DNA from: Candidatus Moraniibacteriota bacterium
GTDB taxonomy: Bacteria; Patescibacteriota; Minisyncoccia; Moranbacterales; UBA1568
Length of the DNA: 64,000 bases
Assembly (NCBI GenBank): GCA_052034935.1
Contig: JBPOIB010000006.1
Coordinates: 537 to 64,536, forward strand
Direction of reading: 5' to 3'
The notes under the pieces are model-generated. The model was not told the origin of the DNA. It searched no databases and saw only the letters and a list, made by a program, of their open reading frames with translations. The position numbers and the translations under genes are program-made. Shown here one piece after another: positions 29,944 to 38,871 of this stretch. Every line of letters starts with the position of its first letter. The stretch's first letter is position 1.

Positions 29944-30137
29944 TGGATTGCTCCAGGTTGGTTGCAGGAAATCCCGACGCTATCATCACGAGGATGCGAG
30001 CGGACGGGCAGCTATCGCTTTCAAAGAAAGCAACACTTGTCCGTCCACTCAAATATGTATTGCAGAGATAAAAAGAACTTGATTCGGATAGTAGCAAAGA
30101 TGCATTTACCGTTCAAGTCGTTTTGACTTGAAAAAAG

Positions 30138-30166
30138 AAAATATCACGTACGACCAAATCTGTCAA
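30138..30166 (-). promoter_or_regulatory. Sigma-70-like promoter (copy A) driving the 29943 paralog.
   Basis: Minus strand reads TTGACA, a 17-nt spacer, then TATTTT. Lies within a ~110-nt AT-rich block duplicated at 30870..30985. Confidence 0.4.
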
Positions 30167-30389
30167 TATAAAGGTCGGATGCGCTGTAAAAAAATGACGC
30201 CCCGGAACCGCAATGGATCCCGGGGCAATCAGCCGGTCGCCGCTACCTGGCAGGAGACGATCGTCTTCGATGCCGGTGGGCTTTCTGGCTGGCGTAGCGC
30301 TGTGCAGTCATGAGTGAAAACCTCCTTCGGGGTTGTGGGTCAGCTCGCTGACCCAGGGTTGACTTGGCGTCGAGCCGGCGCGGCAGCGT

Positions 30390-30746
30390 CTACTGCAGGT
30401 AGGCCTGGCGTCCCGCGGCGGCCACCAGCGCGGCGTTCAGGCCGATGCCCGCGTCGTCGTGCTTGCCAGCGCCCAGGTCGCAGTCGCCGTCGATCTCGTC
30501 GCTCTTGCGCACGCCGCTGAAGCTGCTGATGATCGCCGCCTTGGCCATCGTGCCGGCACCCACCGCGCTCTGCATGCCGCCGTCGCTGATGTAGCTGTTG
30601 CCGCTCTTGACCATCGGATCGATGCCGGCCGGGTCGTTCATGTCGACGAAACGGGTGTTCTTCAGCGCGGCCGAGGGCGAGGCGGAAGCGGCCAGGCACA
30701 GGGCGGACAGGGCCGCCAGGGAAACGTGGGAACGGGAACGGTTCAT
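30390..30746 (-). CDS. Small secreted protein (signal peptide; Gly/Ala/Asp-rich mature part), high GC.
   Basis: AAGGAGAG lies upstream of the ATG. Signal peptide MNRSRSHVSLAALSALCLAASASPSAA. Confidence 0.5.
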   Translation of the reverse strand: MNRSRSHVSLAALSALCLAASASPSAALKNTRFVDMNDPAGIDPMVKSGNSYISDGGMQSAVGAGTMAKAAIISSFSGVRKSDEIDGDCDLGAGKHDDAGIGLNAALVAAAGRQAYLQ

Positions 30747-30951
30747 GGGAGCTCTCCTTGGGGAGTGGTGCGCTCTGCAGGCGCAGGAATCATCCGTCAC
30801 GAGTACGGATGGCAGACACTATCGCTCAAGCTTTCTCGCGACACTGTCTGCCACGCGTCTTCGTGGTTCTCATACACACATAAAAAGGAACTTGATTCAG
30901 ATACTAACAAAGATGCCAGCACTGTTCAAGCTTTAAAAAACTTGAAAAAAG

Positions 30952-30980
30952 AGTATAGCACGTTAAACTACCCCTGTCAA
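30952..30980 (-). promoter_or_regulatory. Consensus sigma-70-like promoter (copy B), followed by a ~200-nt leader.
   Basis: Minus strand reads TTGACA, spacer ggggtagtttaacgtgc (17 nt), then TATACT. Confidence 0.5.
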
Positions 30981-31014
30981 TGGTCGACGATGGCTTGTTT
31001 TAGCGCTCTTATAG

Positions 31015-32034
31015 CTAGACGATATCCTTTAGGATACTCTCATAGTCCCCGATTTCGAGGAGAAGCATCAGGACTTTGGCCAGCTTTTTCGAGTCATGCC
31101 GGATGAAGGCGCGGGTCGCTGCGATTTTATCCTCACGCCGGCGGACGATTCGTTCCTCACTGAGAAGGTCAGCCTGGATGACGCGATATGACCGCGGCTT
31201 TTCAGTACGGAGAAATGGGACGATATTCCCCTCTGCAGCGTATTTTTTCAAGAGATGCTTCGGCGGGAGTACGGTATTGTACGTCACGAAGTCAATCCGC
31301 TCACTCCCAATGAGGTGATTGATTGCACCCACATAATCCTCGAGTGTGAAGCTATCTGTCTGGCCGTGTTTGCTGACGAGGTTGCAGTTATAAACCACTT
31401 TCGCCTTCGTCCTCCGCAAAGCTTCGGCAATGCCCGGAACGAGGAAATTTGGAATAATACCGCAGTAATGACTCCCCGGCCCGATAATGACGAGGTCGGC
31501 ATCGAGGATTCGCCTCACCGCGAGCGGATTCGCCTTCGGTTTCGGCTTGAGGGATACTTTTTTTACGCCGACTTTCTCGAATTTCGTATTCACGTTGATC
31601 TCGTGTTCACCAGCGAGGAGCTTGCCATTGGCAAGCTCCATATAGAGACGCGTATCGGAGAGCGTCACCGGAATCACTTCACCCCGTACATTCAGAATCT
31701 GGGAGGCCTCCTTTACTCCGGCACCAAAGTTTCCAGTGATCTTTTCGAGCGCGGAAAGGAGAATATTACCGAAACTGTGGCCCTCGAGACCACCATTGGT
31801 AAAGCGATAGTTCATGAGTTGTCGCAACATGTCTGGCGTCTCAGAAAGTGCGACGAGACACTGTCGAACATCGCCCGGCGGTAAAACGCCGAGTTCATCG
31901 CGTAAGACTCCGGTGGAACCACCATCATCGGCCATCGACACAATCGCCGAGATCTCGATTGGATATTCCTTTAAACCAGAAAGGAGCATGAAGCTCCCCG
32001 TTCCACCGCCGATCGTAACAACCTTCTTTTTCAT
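31015..32034 (-). CDS. yvcK: YvcK / gluconeogenesis-factor family protein (UPF0052, CofD-like fold).
   Basis: MKKKVVTIGGGTGSF and SMADDGGSTG motifs. Confidence 0.75.
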   Translation of the reverse strand: MKKKVVTIGGGTGSFMLLSGLKEYPIEISAIVSMADDGGSTGVLRDELGVLPPGDVRQCLVALSETPDMLRQLMNYRFTNGGLEGHSFGNILLSALEKITGNFGAGVKEASQILNVRGEVIPVTLSDTRLYMELANGKLLAGEHEINVNTKFEKVGVKKVSLKPKPKANPLAVRRILDADLVIIGPGSHYCGIIPNFLVPGIAEALRRTKAKVVYNCNLVSKHGQTDSFTLEDYVGAINHLIGSERIDFVTYNTVLPPKHLLKKYAAEGNIVPFLRTEKPRSYRVIQADLLSEERIVRRREDKIAATRAFIRHDSKKLAKVLMLLLEIGDYESILKDIV

Positions 32035-32083
32035 ATCAAATCCTGACTACCGCACAGATGAAAGTTGCAGCTAAATTTAAGTG

Positions 32084-32154
32084 TCGGAGCACCCGGAATC
32101 GAACCGGGACTATCTGCTCCCAAAGCAGACGTACTACCACTATACTATGCTCCG
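32084..32154 (-). tRNA. tRNA-Pro (anticodon TGG).
   Basis: Acceptor CGGAGCA, anticodon loop TTTGGGA, T-arm CCGGTTCGATTCCGG. Confidence 0.85.
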
Positions 32155-32261
32155 AAATGGCTTATTGTTGCCAACTTCTGCATCTTACCCTTTTTCCCCT
32201 TCTGAAAGCAAAATCCCGCCTGAGCAGGATTTCGCCTCTATCTTTTACTTCGTCACCGCCT

Positions 32262-32543
32262 TTATTTCACAGCTTCCTTGAGACCCTTGCCCGCGGTAAA
32301 TTTCGGTACGGTCATCGCCGGAATCATGATCTTGGCCTTGGTCTGAGGATTGATACCCTCACGTGCGGCACGATTCGAGACTTTGAAGGTTCCAAAACCG
32401 GTCATCGTCACTTTATTCCCCTTGCGGAGCTCGCCCGTCACCACATCCTCGAACGCTTCGAGCACGAGCTCGACATCCTTCTTGGAGAGACTAGTCTTGT
32501 CGACGATTCCGTGCACCAATGAATCCTTATTCACATTGCCCAT
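32262..32543 (-). CDS. hup: DNA-binding protein HU.
   Basis: 93 aa with GFGTFKV...R..RNPQT-like arm (GFGTFKVSNRAAREGINPQTKAKI). The longer upstream extension was rejected. Confidence 0.85.
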   Translation of the reverse strand: MGNVNKDSLVHGIVDKTSLSKKDVELVLEAFEDVVTGELRKGNKVTMTGFGTFKVSNRAAREGINPQTKAKIMIPAMTVPKFTAGKGLKEAVK

Positions 32544-32739
32544 AATTGTTCCACCTGCCTTCCTAGTTTTAATTTCGTTCACTTTTGAAAGGAGGATAAT
32601 CTCCTTTCCCCGAGAATAAGCCATAATCGAAAACTTGGCAAGCTTTTTTGGCTCTACTGCGGCATTTCTGTCAAGTCTGTAAAAACAAAATCTAAAGGCC
32701 CTAAGCACTCGTTCCGGGGCCTCGCTTTTTCTAAGACTC

Positions 32740-34266
32740 TTACCTGGCGTACTCGACGGCGCGGGTCTCGCGGAAGACGACAACTTTGATCTCGCCCGGG
32801 TACTGGAGCTCTTCCTGGATGCGTTTGGAGACATCACGGGCGAGAGACATCGCGCCGTAGTCGTCGGTCTTCTCGGGATTCACGAAGATGCGCACCTCTC
32901 GGCCGGCCTGAATCGCATAAGATTTTTCCACCTGCGGGAAGGTATTGATGAGCGATTCGAGCTCTTCGAGGCGCTTGATGTACTTTTCCGCGGTTTCCTT
33001 GCGGGCGCCTGGCCGAGCAGCCGACAGAGCATCAGCCGCCGTCACGATATAGCTCTCGATCGTCGCATGCGGGTATTCGTCGTGGTGCGACTTCATGCCA
33101 TCGATGACGTTCTGGGTGATGCCGAACTTCTCGAGGATGCGCATCCCGATCTTCACGTGCGTTCCTTCGATCTCGTGATCGACGGCCTTGCCAATATCAT
33201 GCATCAAACCAGCCTTGCGAGCCGTCGCAACATCAGCACCGAGCTCAGCCGCAAGTGCGGCTGAAAGATAGGATACTTCGAGTGAATGAAGGAGCACGTT
33301 CTGCTTGTAGCTGTAGCGATAGCGGAGCCGACCGAGGATATAGAGGAGTTTCGGATGAAGTCCCGGGACACCGGCTTCGTAGGCAGCCGCCTCACCAGCT
33401 TCCTTAATCTTGTTGTCTATTTCCTTGCGCCCCTCAGCGACCGCTTCCTCGATACGAGCGGGGTGGATGCGACCATCGCTAATGAGCTTTTCGAGCGCGA
33501 TGCGAGCGACTTCGCGTCGGACCGGATCGAAGCCGGAAATGATGATGGATTCCGGGGTGTCATCGACGATGAGTTCCACTCCGGTTTCTTTCTCCAGCGC
33601 CCGAATGTTCCGACCCTCCTTACCAATGATCTTTCCCTTGATGTCATCTGACGGGATAGTAATAGTCGTCGTCGTAAATTCGGCGACATGGGTGCGGGAA
33701 TACTTCTGAATCACGGTCGCCATGATCTGAAACGAGCGCTTCTCAAGCTCATCATGAGCTTCATTCTCAAGCCGCGTCATCCGAGCCACGAGCGCATCCT
33801 TGCTCTCATCTTCGACGAGCTTCATGATACGTTTCTCGGCTTCTTCACGAGACAGCTGAGCCAAACGCTGAAGTTCTTCGATTTCCTTCTCTTTGAGCGT
33901 TTCGACTTCAGCCTTGATTGCCTGTATTTCCTCCGCCTTGCCGAGCAGTCGCTTCTTTTCGTCTTCGATAGATTTTGCCTCTTTCTCGACCTGCTCTTCG
34001 CGTTTTTCAAGCCGCGATTCAACATGGGCGATTTTTTCTTCCCGGGTTTTTTCGTTCTTTTTTGCTTCTTCGAGAATTTCGACGGCTTTATTCTTGGCAT
34101 CGATCGTCAGCGTGCCAGCCTTCTTTTCGGCCTCGTCGATGATTTTCGCCGCCTGACCTTCTGCGGTCGAAAGCTGCTTCTTGGCGAGGTTCTGGCGAAT
34201 GAGGTAGCCGATGAACGCACCAGCCCCCAGCGAGGCAAGAGCGATCAGAATGATAAGAGGAGTCAT
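32740..34266 (-). CDS. rny: Ribonuclease Y.
   Basis: N-terminal TM, coiled coil, KH domain (GKIIGKEGRNIRALE) and HD domain (LLHSLEV...LMHDIGKA). Confidence 0.85.
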   Translation of the reverse strand: MTPLIILIALASLGAGAFIGYLIRQNLAKKQLSTAEGQAAKIIDEAEKKAGTLTIDAKNKAVEILEEAKKNEKTREEKIAHVESRLEKREEQVEKEAKSIEDEKKRLLGKAEEIQAIKAEVETLKEKEIEELQRLAQLSREEAEKRIMKLVEDESKDALVARMTRLENEAHDELEKRSFQIMATVIQKYSRTHVAEFTTTTITIPSDDIKGKIIGKEGRNIRALEKETGVELIVDDTPESIIISGFDPVRREVARIALEKLISDGRIHPARIEEAVAEGRKEIDNKIKEAGEAAAYEAGVPGLHPKLLYILGRLRYRYSYKQNVLLHSLEVSYLSAALAAELGADVATARKAGLMHDIGKAVDHEIEGTHVKIGMRILEKFGITQNVIDGMKSHHDEYPHATIESYIVTAADALSAARPGARKETAEKYIKRLEELESLINTFPQVEKSYAIQAGREVRIFVNPEKTDDYGAMSLARDVSKRIQEELQYPGEIKVVVFRETRAVEYAR

Positions 34267-34575
34267 ACTTCAAGAGGCGCTTTTCGGGCGTCGCTCCTGT
34301 TTACGCAATAGTGGCCGCAAAGACCCGGAGCGCGAGGCTCCCGCTTCTCAATACCTTATGAGCGAGCGTTAGATGGGTATAAAGTTGGGTGAAAAACGAG
34401 GGAAATCCGACGAATCATAGCAACCTCTTCTTTGGGACTACTGGAAAAAAGCGACACGTGAAGAGCTGTTTGAGAATTAGTATCTGCAGTCAAAGCTTAC
34501 CTCTTTCTCCGGCTTTTGTCAAAAGGCATGAGCTGCTATACTACGCTCTAGAAAGCCAAAAAATAACATAAAATC

Positions 34576-36153
34576 ATGCTTCGACCGCTTGTCCTCATCG
34601 TCCTCGACGGCTGGGGAATCGCCAATACGACCCAGGGCAACCCGATCCGCGAGGCGAAATTGCCGACCTTCGACAAATTCAACCGATTCTACCCAATGAC
34701 CACGCTTCAGGCTTCCGGCATTTCGGTCGGTTTGCCGTGGAATACGGCTGGCAATTCTGAAGTCGGACATATGACCATGGGTGCCGGGCGCATCATCTAC
34801 CAGAACATGCCACGTATCGCCCTTTCTATCCAGGACGGGACTTTCAATACCAACCCCGCCTTCCTCGAGGCGATCGATACCGTCAAAAAGAAAGACTCGA
34901 CCCTTCATCTCATGGGACTCATCAGTCCCGGATCGGTCCACTCCCACAAGGACCACCTCCTGGCATTGCTCCGGCTCGCCAAAGAGCAGGGTTTGAAAAA
35001 AGTAGTTGTCCATGCCTTTATGGATGGGCGGGACTCTCCGCCGACATCCGGTATCGGACACCTCCGCGAACTGACGCGCGAAATACGCCTCGCCGGCATC
35101 GGCGAAATCGGCAGCCTCATCGGCCGCAACTTCGCTATGGATCGCAACAACAACTGGGACCGGGTCGAGAAAGCCTACAATATGCTCACGAAAGGCATCG
35201 GCGAGCGAACCGATGATCCGTTGCTTCATCTCGAACAGTCCTATGCCAAAAACATTACCGATGAGTATATTGAGCCCACTGTCATTGAGAAGAACGGTCA
35301 GCCGATCGGTCTCGTTCAAGACGGCGATGCAGTCATCTTCTTCAACTTCCGTGAGGACCGGGCACGCGAGATTACCAAAGCATTCGTCGTGCCGGACTTC
35401 GACGGCTTCGTCCGGGAAAAGAAGCTCGATATCTACTTCGTGACGATGACCGAATATGAAAAGGGTCTCCCGGTTCACATCGCGTTCCCACCAGAAGAAG
35501 TCACTGACAGTCTCGGCGAAGTCCTCTCAAAAGCCGGGATGCGGCAGCTCCGGATCGCTGAAACAGAGAAATACGCCCACGTTACCTACTTCTTCAACGG
35601 CGGCAACGAAGAGGCCTTCCCGAATGAAGATCGCATCCTCATCCCCTCGCCAAACGTTGCCCATTTCGACGAACAGCCGGAGATGAGCGCACCCGAAGTG
35701 ACCGACACCGTCATCAAGAAGATTCAGGAGAATATCTATGACTTCATCCTCGTGAATTACGCGAACCCGGATATGGTGGGTCACACCGGCAATGAAGAGG
35801 CGTCCATCCAAGCAGTCCAAGCGACCGACAAAAGCCTCTCACGCCTGGTTCCAGCCATTCTCGGAGCTGGCGGCGGTGTACTCATTACTTCGGACCACGG
35901 CAACGTCGAAGAAGTCCTCAATCTCCAGACGGGCGAACGCGATACCGAACACTCGACGAATCCGATTCCGCTCTGGTATATCACGCCGACCAATCACCGC
36001 GAGAAAGCTTCTGAAGAAATGGTGCGCGAGCAGAATGAAGTCCATGGACTCCTTTCCGATGTTGCCCCGACGATTCTCGCTGTCTTTGGGTTGCCCCAGC
36101 CAGAAGCAATGAACGGTTCATCTCTTCTCCCGCTCCTTGACCCGAAAAAGTGA
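34576..36153 (+). CDS. gpmI: 2,3-bisphosphoglycerate-independent phosphoglycerate mutase.
   Basis: LDGWGI N-terminus. SHKDH and DGRD motifs. Length 525 aa. Confidence 0.9.
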   Translation: MLRPLVLIVLDGWGIANTTQGNPIREAKLPTFDKFNRFYPMTTLQASGISVGLPWNTAGNSEVGHMTMGAGRIIYQNMPRIALSIQDGTFNTNPAFLEAIDTVKKKDSTLHLMGLISPGSVHSHKDHLLALLRLAKEQGLKKVVVHAFMDGRDSPPTSGIGHLRELTREIRLAGIGEIGSLIGRNFAMDRNNNWDRVEKAYNMLTKGIGERTDDPLLHLEQSYAKNITDEYIEPTVIEKNGQPIGLVQDGDAVIFFNFREDRAREITKAFVVPDFDGFVREKKLDIYFVTMTEYEKGLPVHIAFPPEEVTDSLGEVLSKAGMRQLRIAETEKYAHVTYFFNGGNEEAFPNEDRILIPSPNVAHFDEQPEMSAPEVTDTVIKKIQENIYDFILVNYANPDMVGHTGNEEASIQAVQATDKSLSRLVPAILGAGGGVLITSDHGNVEEVLNLQTGERDTEHSTNPIPLWYITPTNHREKASEEMVREQNEVHGLLSDVAPTILAVFGLPQPEAMNGSSLLPLLDPKK

Positions 36154-36351
36154 CTTGACCCCGTTAGCAATGAAAGGTTTCTGGGAATTAAAAAGCATCA
36201 CCTCCTTATCCTGTTTTGTGGCTTGATTTAAAGAAAAAAGTGTTAAAATATATTTCTCACGGGGTTTGACGAATCGTCCGTTTCAGGCTACAAAAGGAAG
36301 GCTTCACGCTCGTTCCGCCAGCCGGCGGATCAGTGGATAGAAATATAGTAT

Positions 36352-36424
36352 GCGCTCGTAGCTCAGTGGATAGAGTACCTGGCTTCGAACCAGAGGGTCG
36401 GGGGTTCGATTCCCTCCGAGCGCA
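36352..36424 (+). tRNA. tRNA-Arg (anticodon TCG).
   Basis: Acceptor GCGCTCG, anticodon stem-loop CCTGG-CTTCGAA-CCAGA, T-arm GGGGGTTCGATTCCCTC. CCA not encoded. Confidence 0.8.
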
Positions 36425-36604
36425 CAAGTGAATGAAATGAACGCGGGTGTTCGGAGCAAGCCGGCTGCCTGGCTTGCGAAGGGATGAGAAAGGCGGAACG
36501 CTGTTTCGCAAGCATGCGAAACCGTGAGCTGGGGGCGCAGAAATTCATGAGCGACGGCGAGTGAATTATCCGTGGCCGATTCCCTCCGAGCGCACAAGTG
36601 ATAC
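36425..36604 (+). repeat. tRNA-linked conserved ~150-nt element. It ends with a direct duplicate of the last ~24 nt of tRNA-Arg(TCG) (GATTCCCTCCGAGCGCACAAGTGA).
   Basis: The same 24-mer appears twice, at 36405..36428 and 36581..36604. The spacer is homologous to the one downstream of tRNA-Arg(GCG). It contains a GCAAGCC...GGCTTGC hairpin and a TTTCGCAagcaTGCGAAA palindrome. Confidence 0.5.
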
Positions 36605-36616
36605 AACCAAAAGACT

Positions 36617-36706
36617 GGAGGAGTGGCCGAGCGGTTGAAGGCAACAGTCTTGAAAACTGTCGTACCAGAAATGGTATCGTGAGTTCGAATCTCACCTCCT
36701 CCGCCA
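36617..36706 (+). tRNA. tRNA-Ser (anticodon TGA), with long variable arm and encoded CCA.
   Basis: Acceptor GGAGGAG, anticodon loop CTTGAAA, T-arm GTGAGTTCGAATCTCAC, then CTCCTCC-G-CCA. Confidence 0.85.
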
Positions 36707-36810
36707 ATCATAAAAAGAGCTGCCCTTGCGCGGTTCTTTTTTATTTAATCCGACTTGAGCACTCAGAAATAATCCAAAGTTTATGGTATAGTGAGAAAAA
36801 AGGAATCTCT

Positions 36811-37293
36811 ATGCAATCACGACCTGTCTCTGGCACCCCGCTCATCGTCTGGCGCGCGCCAGAACATATCCATCTGCGACCCAACCCGCGCGGCCTGATG
36901 ATCGCTACTATCGCGCTCGCCCTCATCATTGCGTACGCTGTCTTCACCAACAGCCCGCTCATGGCGATTACCTTCATCCTTTTTGGAGTAGTCGGCTACC
37001 TCTTCGTCACCCGCGATCCGCGCGAATTTGAGTTTGCCATCACTGACAAAGGCATCGTCGGTGGCAAGACACTCTATGCCTTTGAAGATCTGAACTCCTT
37101 CTTCATCTACGAAGAGCCACCGCTCGAAGGAGTCCTCAGCATTCACTCAAATGGTATGCTCGCCCCCTATATCCACATCCCGATTGCCGGAATCGACGAC
37201 CAGGAGATTCGGGAAATCCTTCAGAACTTCCTCCCTGAGGAAAAGCACGAACCAACCATCATTGACACCCTCGAGAAAATGCTGCATATTTGA
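36811..37293 (+). CDS. Hypothetical membrane protein (2 TM), 160 aa.
   Basis: Start moved to MQSRPV, downstream of the tRNA-Ser gene. Hydrophobic helices IATIALALIIAYAVF and MAITFILFGVVGYLFV. Confidence 0.5.
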   Translation: MQSRPVSGTPLIVWRAPEHIHLRPNPRGLMIATIALALIIAYAVFTNSPLMAITFILFGVVGYLFVTRDPREFEFAITDKGIVGGKTLYAFEDLNSFFIYEEPPLEGVLSIHSNGMLAPYIHIPIAGIDDQEIREILQNFLPEEKHEPTIIDTLEKMLHI

Positions 37294-37357
37294 TTGGTCC
37301 TGAAGCCGTTCCCAGTAAGCATTTTGATGCTGTGATAAGCCTCAGTGGCCATTTTTT

Positions 37358-37430
37358 GCGCTCGTAGCTCAGTGGATAGAGCATCTGGTTGCGGTCCAGA
37401 GGGTCGCAGGTTCGATTCCTGCCGAGCGCA
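37358..37430 (+). tRNA. tRNA-Arg (anticodon GCG, unusual for bacteria).
   Basis: Acceptor GCGCTCG, anticodon stem-loop TCTGG-TTGCGGT-CCAGA, T-arm GCAGGTTCGATTCCTGC. CCA not encoded. Confidence 0.75.
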
Positions 37431-37585
37431 CATCGGAGCAAGCCAACTGTTTGGCTTGCGTCAGGAGTCGAAAGGCGGAGTGATGCACGAGTTTGCGAAG
37501 CAAGGCGAGTGCCACGAGCCGGGGTCGAGAGAAATTTCCGTCAGGGAATTTACTCGTGACCGATTCCTGCCGAGCGCACACGTGC
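37431..37585 (+). repeat. Second copy of the tRNA-linked element. It ends with a duplicate of the 3' end of tRNA-Arg(GCG) (GATTCCTGCCGAGCGCACA).
   Basis: The 19-mer appears at 37411..37429 and 37562..37580. The spacer shares blocks with 36425..36580 (TCGGAGCAAGCC, GGCTTGCG, GAAAGGCGGA, AGAAATT). Confidence 0.5.
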
Positions 37586-37597
37586 GATTGTCGAACT

Positions 37598-37669
37598 GTC
37601 CTCGTCGTATAATGGATAAGACATCGCCCTCCGAAGGCGGAAATGCAGGTTCGATTCCTGCCGAGGACA
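37598..37669 (+). tRNA. tRNA-Arg (anticodon CCG).
   Basis: Acceptor GTCCTCG, anticodon loop CTCCGAA, T-arm GCAGGTTCGATTCCTGC. Confidence 0.8.
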
Positions 37670-37846
37670 CAACCATGCAGACCTCAGGTCTGCTATACCA
37701 AGAAAATCTTCCTAAAAAATGAATGAAACGTCCCTTGACTGAGGCGTTTTTTTCGTATATAGTGATGCCGCACGTCACCCGATGACGGAGCTGGCTCTTT
37801 ACAAAAAGAATACTTTTACCAACCCTCCGATAGAAGGAGACCGACA

Positions 37847-38230
37847 ATGACTTCCCTTCCCGCTGTGCGCCATGTTGCGCTCAAGCCGTGCCGGGGAGAA
37901 GAAAACCCGGCGCTCCACTTCCATTACGAGGAACCGCTCGAAGAACATCATCGCGGGACAATCCTGGTCGCGCTCGGCACTTTCGTGCTCCAGGGAAAGG
38001 GCGCTGCCTTCGAGCCAATTTTCGGAGAAGACCAGGTCCTCTTTCGGCCGACCAGGGCTGGAAAGAGCCACCGCCTAGACCATGGGCCGTATGTCGACCT
38101 TTCCCGACACTTGGGCCACGAACCGCCAAACGGCGAAATCCAGTTCCTCAGCGAAGAAGAATGCCCCCTGGCTGAGACAGCCCCTGAACCAATCCGCCAC
38201 GTTGGCAGAGAAAGAAGCATGGTCCACTGA
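37847..38230 (+). CDS. Hypothetical protein (127 aa), high GC.
   Basis: GAAGGAGACC lies upstream of the ATG. No recognisable domain. Confidence 0.45.
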   Translation: MTSLPAVRHVALKPCRGEENPALHFHYEEPLEEHHRGTILVALGTFVLQGKGAAFEPIFGEDQVLFRPTRAGKSHRLDHGPYVDLSRHLGHEPPNGEIQFLSEEECPLAETAPEPIRHVGRERSMVH

Positions 38231-38426
38231 GGCCGCCCCTCCCTCACACGCACCTCCACACCCTCTTGCAATCGCATTTGCTCGAGGGTGTTCTCATTTT
38301 TCGATACAAAACCACAGACTCAGATAACTTGACAATCTGCAGATATTACTGGATACTGAGTAGGTTACTTAACAAAAGAATGGGCTGTTCTCAAAGGGGC
38401 TCTCAAATCTATTCGAGGGCTCAAAC

Positions 38427-38748
38427 AATGATCGTTATTACTCCGCTTCCGGGCAATACCGGATTTTCAACCGACGCACCATTCCGCTATGGCGCCGAGA
38501 GGTCCTATGATGCCATCAAGGGCATCCAGTACAAGCACCACCCCCCAGCCGTTCGCTTCACCATCGGTGCCACGGCCGACGGCTTCCTGCAACTCACCTG
38601 CCAAGGCTGCACCGACCAGAAGTTGATGCGCCGGGACGCTCTCGCGCTCATGAAAGCGCTTGACCTGCTCCCCAGTAACACCAAGCAACTCCCCACCGCC
38701 ATCCGCGTGGATGGCAAGTTCGTCTCTCGGTCAGCGCAAGCCGACTGA
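38427..38748 (+). CDS. Hypothetical protein (107 aa).
   Basis: ORF only. Start set at the internal Met MIVITPLPG. Confidence 0.35.
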
Positions 38749-38871
38749 ACAAGACTCGCCCCTTTCCCAGCCCTCGCCATGAACATGGCTTCACGAGGCC
38801 CGACCACCATATCGGCCTCTTTTTTTGTCCAAATTTTCCATACGCTATACTAGAGCCACTGATTCTCCCCT

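Noticed and set aside
29187-30071. 294-aa plus-strand ORF across the high-GC secreted-protein region.
   Set aside because: No RBS. The minus-strand genes have promoters, SD sequences and signal peptides. GC-rich DNA generates long spurious ORFs.
36257-36711. Minus-strand ORFs of 84-135 aa overlapping the tRNA-Arg/tRNA-Ser cluster. Similar ORFs lie at 37221..37847.
   Set aside because: They run through tRNA genes and conserved non-coding spacers. They are artefacts of stop-poor GC-rich tRNA sequence.
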